Source: Sarea resinae (lineage: Eukaryota). Taken from it: 64,000 nt of DNA. Of this stretch, positions 38,124 to 50,100 are shown one piece after another (the first letter of the stretch is position 1; each line of letters begins with the position of its first letter). A program made the translations under genes and the position numbers. Below the pieces are notes generated by a model. The model did not search any database, had not been told where the DNA came from, and worked only from the letters and a program-made list of their open reading frames with translations. The DNA lies in NCBI GenBank assembly GCA_026026165.1, contig JAPEUD010000015.1, positions 248,001 through 312,000 on the forward strand, given 5' to 3'.

Positions 38124-38953
38124 CACTTTTGGCGGGCACTTCAGGTCGACGGCGTCACTACATACCTAAAGGGAACGTAGTCGATCATGGATGGGATATC
38201 CTTTGGGTGGCTTTTCAGCCGGATTCCACCCTCGTTCACGGCAGGAGAGCAGCTCGGATGCTCTCAGCGCAAGCACAGTGAATAAGAGGAGGCACAGGTG
38301 GGACACTTGGGACCGTGGGACACTTGGGACCGTGGGACTCGCAGAACCCTCGTGAGGTGCGAGTACCTGGGGAATACCTCGATTTTGCCCCCACCCTTGC
38401 CCCTGCCCTTCCGCCCGCCCTCGTCTCTTTTTATCGATAACTGAACCCTTTCATGAGTACGTCTTACGTCGTTGCGGGGAATTCGCCGATCAAAGCCAAT
38501 CACAGATTTCATCGTGAGATATTCCGGACCGTCACAGGCGGTAACCCAGCCTCACATCACCCCACATCCGTCCATCTGTCGGTGCTCGAGATGTGTGGTT
38601 TGCTCCTATCTTGTGCCTGCCGTTCAGGAACACTTTGCTTTTTACCCGCCTGTTTCGCCGAGACACGGCACCGAAAGGCCGCCTATGCGTGTGCAGGATC
38701 AGATGGTGCCCGGAATAGAAACTCGGCTCGCTACCGAATGGGAACTCCATGTACCGCAGTAATTCGGCACATACCAAGCTCAAACACTGACATCTTTGAA
38801 AACGAATTCGCCGATGGGATGGCTTGGGTCTTGACGGTCGTCAAGTCCGAGTAGATTCATAGCTCCAGCTTGAACGCTATATATATAAGAAAACCCCTTC
38901 GCCATAGAAACATCATGTAAACCGCGCCTGGGACACCGCCGTTGGATCGTGCC

Positions 38954-40665
38954 TCATGTGAAATCATAAACTACCAAAGCTTGACTGCCCTGCTGTCTCT
39001 CCTGCAATACCACAACGTTCTCCTCGTCGAAGCTCACCCAGCCCTTGCTGACGGACATTTCGTCCATTGCGCAACTAGCAGTACCAGGCGCCACACTTCG
39101 TTGTCCAAGCGCAGCGGTGACTAGGTCGAGACCAGAGCCTGCTATGTCGTCCTTCTGTTCGGGCCGGATCTGAACACTCATCTCTCCGTTCGTCTGTCGT
39201 TTCCGCGTAGAGGAAAATGAGAGACCGCCTTCGAGCTCCCAGATACGCAAGTCATCGCCGCGGGAGCTGACCGACACTGCTCTGCCTCGCCCTCCCACAT
39301 GCGCACCTGATACCGATGATGTATGGCCCCAAAGACGACTCCCCGAGCTGATGGAGAGACGACTGGATGTCGATTTGACCAGATAAAGCGTCAGAGTGTT
39401 GTCAGGGTGAGATGCTAAAAGGTAAGGATGCGTGTATGATAAAGACGTCGGCTTCGTAGGTACACCACCCGTATTTATTTCTGAGCCTCTCAAACCAGAG
39501 GATGATGATGGAGGGACGGATGACGACGGTATTGCCTGGAATCCTTGAGGCACAGCAGAAGCAAGGCGAGATTCCGCAATATCGCCTTCAGTAGTGATAC
39601 GTAGCTCCTGAACTCCTACGGACCATCCAGAAAGATAAGTGGGGAAAGCATAAGCTATAGACGCGACGATGGTGTCCTGCGAGGGTCGAAGAGAAAGGGA
39701 TAATGGTGGCCAAACCGTGTGAGACTTGAGAGACGAAAGCAAGCGAGGCGGGGCCAACTGGTCCTCGGACACGATTTCAGGAGTGACGGCGAACCGATAT
39801 AAGGATAACAGCTGCGCTTCAGTCATCGTTAGGAGATACGGAAACGCAAACGCAACTGCTGTAATCCGGCCATTTGATGAAGGGGAATGAGTATATTGGT
39901 GAACGAAGGCACCGGAAGATTTCTGAAGCTTGAATATGCTGAAAGAGCCATTCTGGAACCCAACGACAACATTGGAGTCTTCGCCATCCGTAGTTTTGAT
40001 ATCGACTCCAAGAGACGTAGGCACATTGTCATCAGAGTCCGAGTCTAGGGTGAGGGAGACGCTTGCAATTAATTTTCGCTCGCCCTTCATAGCCCAGGCA
40101 CGAAGTCCTGCACCCGTATCGATCGTGAAAACCGTCCCGCCATGTAATCGGACTAATAGAGGAGGTATTGGAGGACTTTCCGTGACTTGGATTTCGGTCG
40201 TAACGCAGCTGCCTCTGGCCCAATTGTGCCGCAGCTTGTACTGTCTTTTCCAATTCGTCTGGGTACCTCTTCTGACCAAGTCATCATCATCAAGCCATTT
40301 GGAGATCCGCGAGGAGTATGAGAGGCTATCTGGAGGAGCGTTTTGACCTCGAACCCCAGGTATTCGAGATGCCCTCGGCCGCACAAAGCGGTTATAGTAT
40401 GCCGACTTCCACAGTTGAGAATCCCCAGCAATGCTGCAGAATCGATGGGATATCCTAGATGATGTGAGTTTGGGGCCACATACAACATTCAAGAACGAAG
40501 CACCTACCTCTGGCATAGCACAAGCGTTGAAGTGGGAACATGCGATAGCACTCTTAGAAGAAGCTCGTCGCTCAAGCGCGATATCATATCCAGAGGGCCT
40601 GCTTGTCGCAGACGCTTTGGGGAGCGCGGACCGGCATCGTGTTCATCCCGACGGCGTTTCGGCAT
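38954..40665 (-). CDS. F-box protein with C-terminal WD40-like/beta-propeller region, 2 exons
   Basis: Exon 1 MPKRRRDEHDAGPRSPKRLRQAGPLDMISRLSDELLLRVLSHVPTSTLVLCQR gives an NLS-like segment plus F-box. Exon 2 has 'ISHRFCSIAGDSQLWK', 'WKRQYKLRHNW' and 'LWGHTSSVSGAHV..LRIWELE'. Confidence 0.82.
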
Positions 40666-41002
40666 GGCTGGAGAGACTTATGAGTGCCAGAGAGCCTCCA
40701 AAGAGCCTCCAGAGCAGTACGGTGCAGTGTCAATGGAAGTATGGGCCTTTCTGTGCCATCTCCTCCACTGAGATCCCCCAAATTGCGGGCTACATAGTAT
40801 GATAGCGATAAAGTTGCCACTGTACGTAGGGGTACATTCGTTTATACGCTACTCGCAGCAATAGTCGAAGTACCTTATCGCTGCCCTAGGCCATGACGCT
40901 TGACCCCTTTAGGTCGTATCACAACTACGCGGATACCTCCAACGCGTCAACCATGACACCGTTGGCACGCCTTGACTTCACTGAATACCCAGTGCGAGGC
41001 AG

Positions 41003-43819
41003 ATGACAATAGACCATGGCAAGATGGATACCTTTCAAAAGCACCGTGTATCGCTGTTCAACGCGTTTACAAGAGAATTCAATGAGCTCGATAGAGACTT
41101 GAGGGATGAGCTCGCTCGACGTAAGTGCTACTGTTGGAAATGCCTTTCGACCCTCTTCGTGCTAAACAGTTCAACCTTCTCAGGGGTCTCAATCGCTGAG
41201 GACAACCAAAAAAATGAGCTTCAATCCGAGATCGAACGCCTACGCGAGAAGGCTTCTCAGGCGGAAAAGCTTGAGCAAGAGAATCAACAATTGCGGGCCA
41301 GCTTGGAATCCTTCAATGGCGATACAACAAGCCGCGGGGGCCAACCGGAGAAGAGAGACGCATCCATACAGTCGTGTTCTGGTCGCTGTAAAGATTATGA
41401 TCAGCTGCAAGCCAGATGTCAAAGGCTAGAGAAGGATTGTGAAACACTCCGGACTGGGTATACAACGTACCGAAAGAGATGGGACTGGCAAAGGAAGGAA
41501 ATGGCTAAATGGAAAAACTATGCAAAAGATTGCGAACAATCAAGGCAGAAAAAATCAGCCGGCAGTCGGGATAACATCATCAGGAACAGTCCAGCAGGCA
41601 AGGATAGTGGAAACGTAGCTTCAAAGAGTTTGATGGGAGCTTCTCCGCCGAGTGAGATCGGCTTTCCCAAATCTCCTTCAAATTCTCCACCAACAACACC
41701 AAACACGCCCCACTTTCTATCCAAACCAACCTCTACTCGTCCTTCCATCCATGCCACCATGAAACCATCAATCGCAAGCAGTAATCATACTCCAATAGAG
41801 AGAAATCGCCAGGCTCCGCCTCAGCAAACCTCTAACCCTCAGAACAGTGTTTCCGGGAGACTTGTTCGACGGTCGGCGCCTGTATATGAACACTCTAGCA
41901 CACCTTCATTCGACAATGCGATCAAGAATGACTCCGCAGTTGCCAAGGCCGTTCAGAAAAGTCAGTTGACACGCGATAAACAAGCTAGCTCAGATGATGC
42001 GACTCAAGGAGAGCCGGAGAGCGAGCTAGGAGGTGAAGACGTGAAGGTCGAAAGTCCAGATGAAGGTTCTGAATCACCTTCTGATATTCCAATACTGGTA
42101 TCAGAGCGCTCATTGAAACGCAAGCGACCTTCTGATCGCTCAGGGTTTATTATCCATGGTGAACGAGCTGGGCCAATTGGCAGTGCAACAAAACCAATAC
42201 GGATCAAAAGCGAACACATTTCAAACAGTCCCACTGGCCCATATGATCTCTCTATGCTCCAGGAGGACAACCTCGATTTAGATGAAGTGGGACAGCAAGT
42301 GGACACTCCCAAAAAAAGAAGAGCATTACGAAGGTTCCAAGAGTTCTCTGCACAACGTCCTTTACCCCTTTCTGCGCTTAAACATCGTCTCGGCCGCTCG
42401 TCACACAGCTCTCACACAGCTATAGATGCAGAAGGCGCAGACGACCGAGTAACCGTGAAGGATGAAGACAGTCACGAAGGGTCGTCTCGACATCCTTCGA
42501 TCTCTTTCGATGCCGCTGCGCCAGTCAACGGCACCTCCACCACAAACACAGCTCAAAGTAGTCGTGCCAACAATCTTCCGGATGCGAGACTTGTTCGCTC
42601 ATTCAATGGTGTGGATTTTGAAGGGCCCCCCGCGATCAGCTCACGCCGTTCCTCTTCACCTGCAGGTCGCCCACTTCGTTCTTCGAGCGCGCCTATTGAA
42701 GTCGACTCGAGCGAAGAAAAGGAAAGACGGCACGGTGCGAGGAGTAGAAGGTCTATCAAAGACGCTCTTCAGCCCAAGAGCACGAACATACAAGTCCTCC
42801 CACGCACGAGCCATCCGCGCGCAAAGTGCAAGCCTCGTCGACTACGAAAAGACCGCGATCATGGCGTTTCGGCCATCCATTTGTTGACCGAGGATGGGCA
42901 GCGATTTGCTGTTGACCCTAACGAGTCGACTGCTAATTCGAGCCGCCTGGAAAATCGGCCTGTTCCGTTGGACCAGGAGAACGCGCCAGACAGAACAAAT
43001 ACCCGTTCTCGCCTGGGATCTTTACTTGAGAGGCCGAGTCCAGAGAAGCGGACTCTCTCTCCAGCGAAAACGCCTCTGCAACGGCTCAATTCGCCTAGAC
43101 CCACGAGCTCGTCTCGAATGCCCAATGAGAGCTCTCGGACTGCTCGAAATCGCAGCAAAGATGGCCTCGGCTCAAATAAGAAGCAGGTTTCGCATCCATC
43201 GGAGCTCCTTACTCCCATTCTCTCGCATGAACGATCACCTCGACCAGCTACCCCCAATGAGGAACCCTTTCGATCCCGACCCCTCCACCGCCTGGGTCTC
43301 GAGCACTTCAAAGTCAACCCCAACTACAACCAAGGTCTCGACTACGCTTTCACGGAAACGATCCGCAACCGCGACCAACGCCGCTGTCTCCCCGGCTGCA
43401 CGCGCCCAGAGTGCTGCGGCAGCACGTTCCGCAAAGTCGTCGAGCTCGCCGGAGGCCTTCCTCCACGCGTCCAGCAGGGCCTCTGGGACTCCTCCCCAGT
43501 GGACGACGAAGACCAGCAGGTCCTGGAAGAGTACCTCGGCGACGATTTCGCCCGCCGCACGGACGGCATCTCGGACGCGGATAGGCGCGAATTGCTCCTC
43601 CAGGCGCGCACGAAGCAGTTTGCGGACATGCATGGCAAGCATCGCCATGCGTTCGAGAGGCGCGCGACGCCGCCGGGGTTCTGGCGCACGGATATGCCGT
43701 CGACGCAGGAGCAGAAGGAAGATCAGGAGGAGGCGAGACGGATGGAGAGGAGGAAGGTGGCCGAGAGACATGCCGAGGCTATGAGGTCCGGGGGCCGCTG
43801 GCTCTTTAGGGACGAGTGA
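41003..43819 (+). CDS. SAE2: DNA end-resection factor Sae2/Ctp1/CtIP homologue (probable in-frame intron 41121-41183)
   Basis: N-terminal coiled coil, disordered middle, and a C-terminal SAE2 domain 'FKVNP..R..R.CLPGCTRPECC..GKHRHAF..ATPPGFWRTDMPSTQE'. Confidence 0.88.
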   Translation: MTIDHGKMDTFQKHRVSLFNAFTREFNELDRDLRDELARRKCYCWKCLSTLFVLNSSTFSGVSIAEDNQKNELQSEIERLREKASQAEKLEQENQQLRASLESFNGDTTSRGGQPEKRDASIQSCSGRCKDYDQLQARCQRLEKDCETLRTGYTTYRKRWDWQRKEMAKWKNYAKDCEQSRQKKSAGSRDNIIRNSPAGKDSGNVASKSLMGASPPSEIGFPKSPSNSPPTTPNTPHFLSKPTSTRPSIHATMKPSIASSNHTPIERNRQAPPQQTSNPQNSVSGRLVRRSAPVYEHSSTPSFDNAIKNDSAVAKAVQKSQLTRDKQASSDDATQGEPESELGGEDVKVESPDEGSESPSDIPILVSERSLKRKRPSDRSGFIIHGERAGPIGSATKPIRIKSEHISNSPTGPYDLSMLQEDNLDLDEVGQQVDTPKKRRALRRFQEFSAQRPLPLSALKHRLGRSSHSSHTAIDAEGADDRVTVKDEDSHEGSSRHPSISFDAAAPVNGTSTTNTAQSSRANNLPDARLVRSFNGVDFEGPPAISSRRSSSPAGRPLRSSSAPIEVDSSEEKERRHGARSRRSIKDALQPKSTNIQVLPRTSHPRAKCKPRRLRKDRDHGVSAIHLLTEDGQRFAVDPNESTANSSRLENRPVPLDQENAPDRTNTRSRLGSLLERPSPEKRTLSPAKTPLQRLNSPRPTSSSRMPNESSRTARNRSKDGLGSNKKQVSHPSELLTPILSHERSPRPATPNEEPFRSRPLHRLGLEHFKVNPNYNQGLDYAFTETIRNRDQRRCLPGCTRPECCGSTFRKVVELAGGLPPRVQQGLWDSSPVDDEDQQVLEEYLGDDFARRTDGISDADRRELLLQARTKQFADMHGKHRHAFERRATPPGFWRTDMPSTQEQKEDQEEARRMERRKVAERHAEAMRSGGRWLFRDE

Positions 43820-44116
43820 TGATGTTGGGGGACGTTGGGACTTTGGGACTTTGTTTGAGGCCTTTCTTCGTGCGGAGATGGACGGTTCGATTTCTTACTA
43901 TATGCGAGAACATGGAACACTCCCTTTCTGTCTGCCTATCTGTCTGCCTACCTGTCAGTCTATCCGTCTTTCTATCCATTTCTCTACCTCTCCACCATGC
44001 CACCTAGTCCCTCTCAGCCCGTAATAATCCAAACACACATACTCAGACCCGTCCCGGAAGTCTCCAGCAATCCATCCTACCTATCGATCCTATACTATTG
44101 AACTAAACCCTGGTCC

Positions 44117-44117
<1 letters not shown>

Positions 44118-44164
<47 letters not shown>
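44118..44164. repeat. Poly-C homopolymer, about 47 nt
   Basis: Directly visible. Confidence 0.95.
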
Positions 44165-44165
<1 letters not shown>

Positions 44166-47100
44166 CCCCGAGGAAACAGACAACGCGTTCCGCACTTCTT
44201 CCCCCACAGAAGAGACGGAGAGGAAGAGAAATTGGTGTCGAGAAGAAAAAACCCCAAAGAACCGCGGAACTTGTACACTCTTTCTCCTGTAAGATATGTA
44301 AGATATGACGGATTACACGTTTGCTTTGCTGGGGCCTGGAAGGTTAGGTACGGGAGATAAGTGAGAATGCATATGTTTTCATATAGTTATCTATAGACGC
44401 GCTCTCTCTCTCTCTCTCTCTCTCTTACATTCAAGGACTCCAGAGTCAAAAAGAGAAGAAAGAAAAGAGAAAGGACGATTTAGATTCAGTCCTCTTCCAA
44501 CCCCATGAATAAAAGGTTGGAAACCCTGAGAACTGCGGGCGTTGTACGATAATGCTGGCACCGATACCGACACCGATACCAATCAATGACAACGGTCTGG
44601 TTAGTCAGACTACGTGCGTATGAATGAATACGTATTTGTGCTGGGCAGGTTCGTGGTAGTGGTGGTAGTGGCGGCTAGAAGGTGGTTTATGATATTACAT
44701 AAAATATACAGATCATAGCTTGACTCTACATTATCGTTCATGGATGTCTCTATCAATTCTCCAAGCTGTAAGCCTTCCAACTGCAGATCATTGATGCGAC
44801 ACCGTGGCCGTCGAACATGACCTCCATACCTGAGATAGCTTCTATAGATGTGAAAGTACTGGGGGTCCTATTACGTGGCTGAAGTGGCTGAGGAGGCTTA
44901 GAGGCTTGGGAGGCTCAAGAGGACTGGGGCTCGGGCTGGGTTTCAGGCTGGCTGCATACGCGGCGGCGATTACGTCTGCAACTCTCCACGTTTTGCGTCA
45001 CTACGGACGAGAGAGAGGGGAGAGAGAGAGCGAGATCGATCACTGCTCGGCCCGGGTACCTTGGATAGGAGGCAGGGACTTGAGCTTGGATGAGGGTCGC
45101 TGATAGGATGTCTGGGGGTGGATGGATGGATGGATGGATGGATGGATGGATGGATCAAATGGATGTCGAGTACCTACTGCGCACTCGTGCATGTGCGCAT
45201 GTGATGTGCGTCATGCGTGATGCCGCCGCCGTCGCCGCCGCCGCCTTGATGCGTGAATGCGTGAATGCATGAATGCGTGATGCACTCCATAAGGCGTGCC
45301 CTACACCGCCCTGCTCCTCTACTGCTCGTCGTCTTGCTTGCGCCAGCGAGGGTCGTGCTATAGGTTGGTCTGGTTGATCGCAGACCCTGCAGGAGCCTGT
45401 GTCCCCGGCGCATGTCCTGCCTTGTCTTGTCGGGTCAGGTTGTCTGGTCTCTTTTCCTGGTCCAGCTCCGGCTGGACAAATCCTCGAAACTGGATCGAAT
45501 AGCCAAGCACGGGATAAGACCACGTACAAGAGCTCGACAAGAGACGAGACAAGCAGAGAGCGTAAGAGGGACGTGGAAGGGACGTCCAAGAGACGTAAAA
45601 GGGGCGTAGGTAGACAGCTAGACAGCTACTTCGTCTCAAATCAACTCGTGCATGTGAAAGTCGTGCCCTCCAGCTGCTTTTCCCCGACATAGCCCAAGGT
45701 ACCCACCCACTCGCCCGCCTACCCGCCTACATGACCTGCCTCACACCCTGGCTGGCTGATTGACGAGAGTTGAAGCAGGCAAGTACGCATCCATACCTCA
45801 CCCAAGGTAGTCTATCCCGTATCTCCTCTCTCCCCCGAAATCCGTCATGTGTCTCGTCCTCCGGGTTGGTCGGTCAGAGAAGCAGACAGACAAACAGACA
45901 AGCACGCAGTGGGGAGCAGGTAGTGGAAGGACTCAACCCCGCAAGCCAAGCAAGCACCCATGTGCCTAGAGCAGAGGGTCCGTGGATACCTAGGCAGGTG
46001 GTGGGGGAGGGGGAGGGGGAGGCCGCGACGTTCTCGAGACCCTGCAGGCGCCTATCTTCGCACTGGGGCGTCGGGCACGAGCACGAGCCCGGGCACGGGC
46101 ACCTGCGGAGCGGCTCGGTTGCATCGATGTCGATCTTGTGCGGCATTGCAGCACATGGATTCTCTTATCGATAGCCAGGTTTGTGATGTGCGGATGTGCA
46201 TACCACTCGAGTAAGTGCTCGGGGTATGTGCTCAGGAGTGTGGGTGGGTGGGCGGGATGTGAGACCATGTTGGGGGGGAGCACGACGCCGTGAACAACAG
46301 GATGAGGAGTGCAGAGTGCAGAGTGCGGAGTGCGGAGTGGGGATGACTGGGGTGGACATGTCACGGACAAACCTGGAAGGCTACTGCGCAGTAGGCGGCT
46401 ATGGGGATGGACATGGACATGGACATGGATGGCCAACGTCAAGGTTATCGATAAGGAAGAACGTCGTGCTACGGTAGGTGCCCGATCGAGCATCTCCAAT
46501 CACCTATGATGAAGTCTTCCAAGTTGTGAGAGATGCTCAACTGCCTCACTGCGCAGTAGACCTGCAAAATCTACTGCACCAAGTCTTCGCATCTGACCGG
46601 CTAGACAGAGACTAGAGTCATGATATTGTTCAATCGAGAATTCTGGAGGGTGTTGCGCAACGTCGAGTCGAATTGACGACTTCGACGCAAGATCTTCATC
46701 GGCTCATAGCTATGATGACGGGCTAGTGCATGAAAAAGGCGTTTGTATTCTGGCTATAGTCGCATCGTTTATAGTACACTTGAAAGTATATGAGATGAAT
46801 GACTGAATCCCAGGATACATTGGAGCGGTTCTCTGTATACTGCGATGAACCAGCCAACCACGCCCAAGGTGCAGAAAACAGCCGCATCGTTCTGTGATAA
46901 AGGATATCTGCTGATAGAGAGTGACTTGGACGTTTGACTTTTCATAATGCTGTAATCCCACGGGACATATTCCACTGATCATGATATTGGCTGCTGCTTT
47001 TTGTCCTGCGAAAAATAGTGCCCTTCATCGTCTTGTATTCAAACCAACTTCCTCTGGCCCAAGCCGGAACAGGGCTCTACTTCTGCCGCAATTATCTCTT

Positions 47101-50100
47101 CGTCTTCCCTTTGCAATACCATTGCCATTGACTCTCTCCCCTTTGAGCTTGCGGGCCAGACAGGGTTCAGCAAGATGGCAGAGGACGTTCACATCAGCTT
47201 GTTCTGATGTAGATGTTCGGCACGGACCTGAAAGAGAAAGCGGCTCATCTGGACATTGTTCCGTGATATTGATAGCTTGCCGTGTCATAGAAGTCCCCTC
47301 TGAACGAATTTTAGTGTGGTTTTGAATGTCCTCCGTGACGGGAATATTTGCTCGCCTCAACGGATCTAGTAGGGGCGTCCACCCCGGAGCTCAGGCAGCG
47401 AATGCTTGCATGCTCGTCCAAGATCATGCGCAGAAGAGGGCATCGAGATGAAATTTAACTTTAGATTGAACTTGTCACGGTCGAGAAAGAGGTAGTTGTA
47501 AAGACGGAGAATTCAAATCAGTGCCGACATGTAACAGAATGGATATTTCTAAAGTTGATCTAGATGTTCATACCTTGGCACTGAGTCGTGCGTCAACAGT
47601 GTAGGCGCTGGATAGTGACAACAAACAAGCAAGACAGGACGCCTTCTAGTAGTGAGACAACTTTGTTCTTGGAAATAAGAGCGCCATCATAGCATGGAAA
47701 AAGCTGTCGAGGCTTGGAATGGCAAGCGCAATGACTCTTGGATAACTTGAAGATCGACAAACACGGTATTTATGGAGATATGCTCCTCGTAATCTTGTAC
47801 CTTGCTCGTTCTCAATGCCATAACTCTCGATGAGCCCCATTGATCTTTTGGTCGATAAGACAACTGCACCAAGTGAATTACAAGCAAAAACGCTTGTTTG
47901 ACCGCTCTGACTGTGGTACCATCAGTTCACAACAATTCGAAAGACGAACCTTTTCGATATGCTGGATCGGGTGTTTGAATGTAAATACGTCGTCCATGGT
48001 GTCATAAGTGATCCACCAAGGACGTGGAGATTGGACTACTCGATTCAATGCTCTTGGTTTGATCCGAGCGTTCCTTGCAGACTCTCCAGAAAAATCTCTA
48101 GCAACGGCTCTTCATGGAAGATCAGACGGAGAATTGCAATCGCGCGAGGCAATGATCATGTCTTGTGCAAATCCGGTAGCTTGTGACCTGGGTTCGAACC
48201 CTGAGAAGTTGAAAATGGCATTCCGTGCCAAAGACCGGCTCATCCTCGGAGAAGGATAAGGGTCCAGATGAGCGATAAGGATATGGAAGGAACCCTTCCA
48301 ATCCGCAATCTATCGGAGGGGGTGAAGATAGATCTGTCATCTGGTTCGGGTAACGGCGGGTGGAAGTCTCCAGATTCGATCTCAGGTGATCTCACTCACT
48401 GAGAGGGTGTATGGACTCGCGAAGCCGCTATCAGCAGACCAGAACCCTGACCAACATCTCGACAGGGAAATGAGCACTCGCTGAGACGCTTGTTTGAGAG
48501 ATTCTGGTTGCCATCGGTTTGCCACCGGCGGTAGCTACGGCCACTGCTGTGCGATATCTTGATGTTTGGCGGTGGTGGATGGACTCTATGTCTCTCTGTC
48601 TTCCAGGGCGTTGATCATGTGTCCTGCCCCCGGATGAGAACGTGAAGGGTACGAAGTACCTAAGTAAGGTACCTACTCTACTACCAGTAGACCCTAGCTG
48701 TGCGGCGGTGGGGGCTGATATCAGGATCGTATCAAGATGAAATGGTGGGGAAAAGCCAATTGATCATCTGTCGATAGTGAGAACCGTGGAATTGAGGCGG
48801 TAAACTCGGGTCTAGACATTGAGGTCCGTGACCCGCTGATGTTCATCTACGAAGTCCTCGACCCCTCTTGCGGATAGGGTTCCGATAGCTACCTTATCCA
48901 TGGATACGAGTACAGTAATGACGCTGAGACGATCTCAGATGGCCAATTCAAACTAAAATGGCAAGCCGGACATCTAATGCCGGAGTCAGACACCCGCCGG
49001 CTCCTCCGCCGCCCCGAAAGTGCAACATTTGCATCATTTGCGTAGTCGAAGTTACTGATGGACTGGGTGTGTGTACGAAATACGGAGCCAGGCCGGCGGT
49101 CGGGCATCCAGTCTATCAAGTTACTCCGTACTCAATTCGCAGCCCTTGTCGAGATGCATAGATATAGGAACGCGCGCGAATTGAACTGGATGGGTGACTC
49201 TAATTGGAGGCGCAGATGACTCTGGCGAATGGGCTGTGCTGCAGGTTTGGCTGGATCGATTCAGGGCTGACTCGGACCACGTAATAAAGGATCATTGATG
49301 GATGGATGGACGGATGGCTGTACGAAGTATTCGTACATAGTCCGTAGTACGCCATTGTACCTATTCTACGCACTGTTGATGATTACTCAAGGCTTTTGTT
49401 GGCCTTTGTTGGCCTCCAGCTTGTTGGCCATCTCACGTAGCAGGGTCTCGCATTACTTCCATTGCCTACCAGGTACCTACCTTAGTCCATTCAATCGCAA
49501 CAGATGGAAACGGGCTTAGACTTTTGCCATAGAGGAGGGGAGGTGCGGCAGGAAGTTGGACACAGTCAATTGCCACAGCAAAGAACAGCCGTCGTGAGAG
49601 CAATTGACCCCTTTGGCAGACGAATCTACAGAGTAAATAGAGCCATTGAGCGGTCATAGAGTACGCATACTCGTACTCGCCGCCTGAAGGAGAAGATGAT
49701 ACCTTAGGTACCTGAGATAGAGTGCTACCTGATGCAGATGCCGGGCTGCACTGGAGCACAGTCCACGATGACGATGATTGCTGATCAGCTGGGATGATGC
49801 CTCGCACCCGGTGCTAATGCGCGCTCGCTCATCCAGAGTCCCATCCATCTCCGCAGGCTCTCAATTGTAGAGTACGAGTACGAGTAAACGATTGATGATG
49901 AGTGCAACTGTGTACGGTAGCTTAAGGTACCTACACCTACCTAGTACCTTAGGTGCTCGGTGTTGTGGACTTCAGGCATTGACTGTCGGGCATTGGGTCT
50001 GTAGCCCGTCAGGGATGGAGATACCGGCCTGGGCCCAGGCAGGTACCTAGACCTAGGTGGATACCTCGATGCTCGTACCTTCAGGGCATCTCGGTAGAGG

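Noticed and set aside
42894..43784. 296-aa alternative-frame ORF inside SAE2, and similar overlapping ORFs in HEM13, RPN8 and the dehydrogenase
   Set aside because: These are shadow ORFs expected in GC-rich coding DNA, with no recognisable motifs.
48150..48210. tRNA-like GGGTTCGAACCC T-arm
   Set aside because: No D-arm/A-box or acceptor stem could be built around it.
46500..48900. Hidden gene or transposon in the gene-free stretch
   Set aside because: Only short ORFs without recognisable domains, terminal repeats or consistent splice structure were seen. It cannot be excluded without BLASTx.
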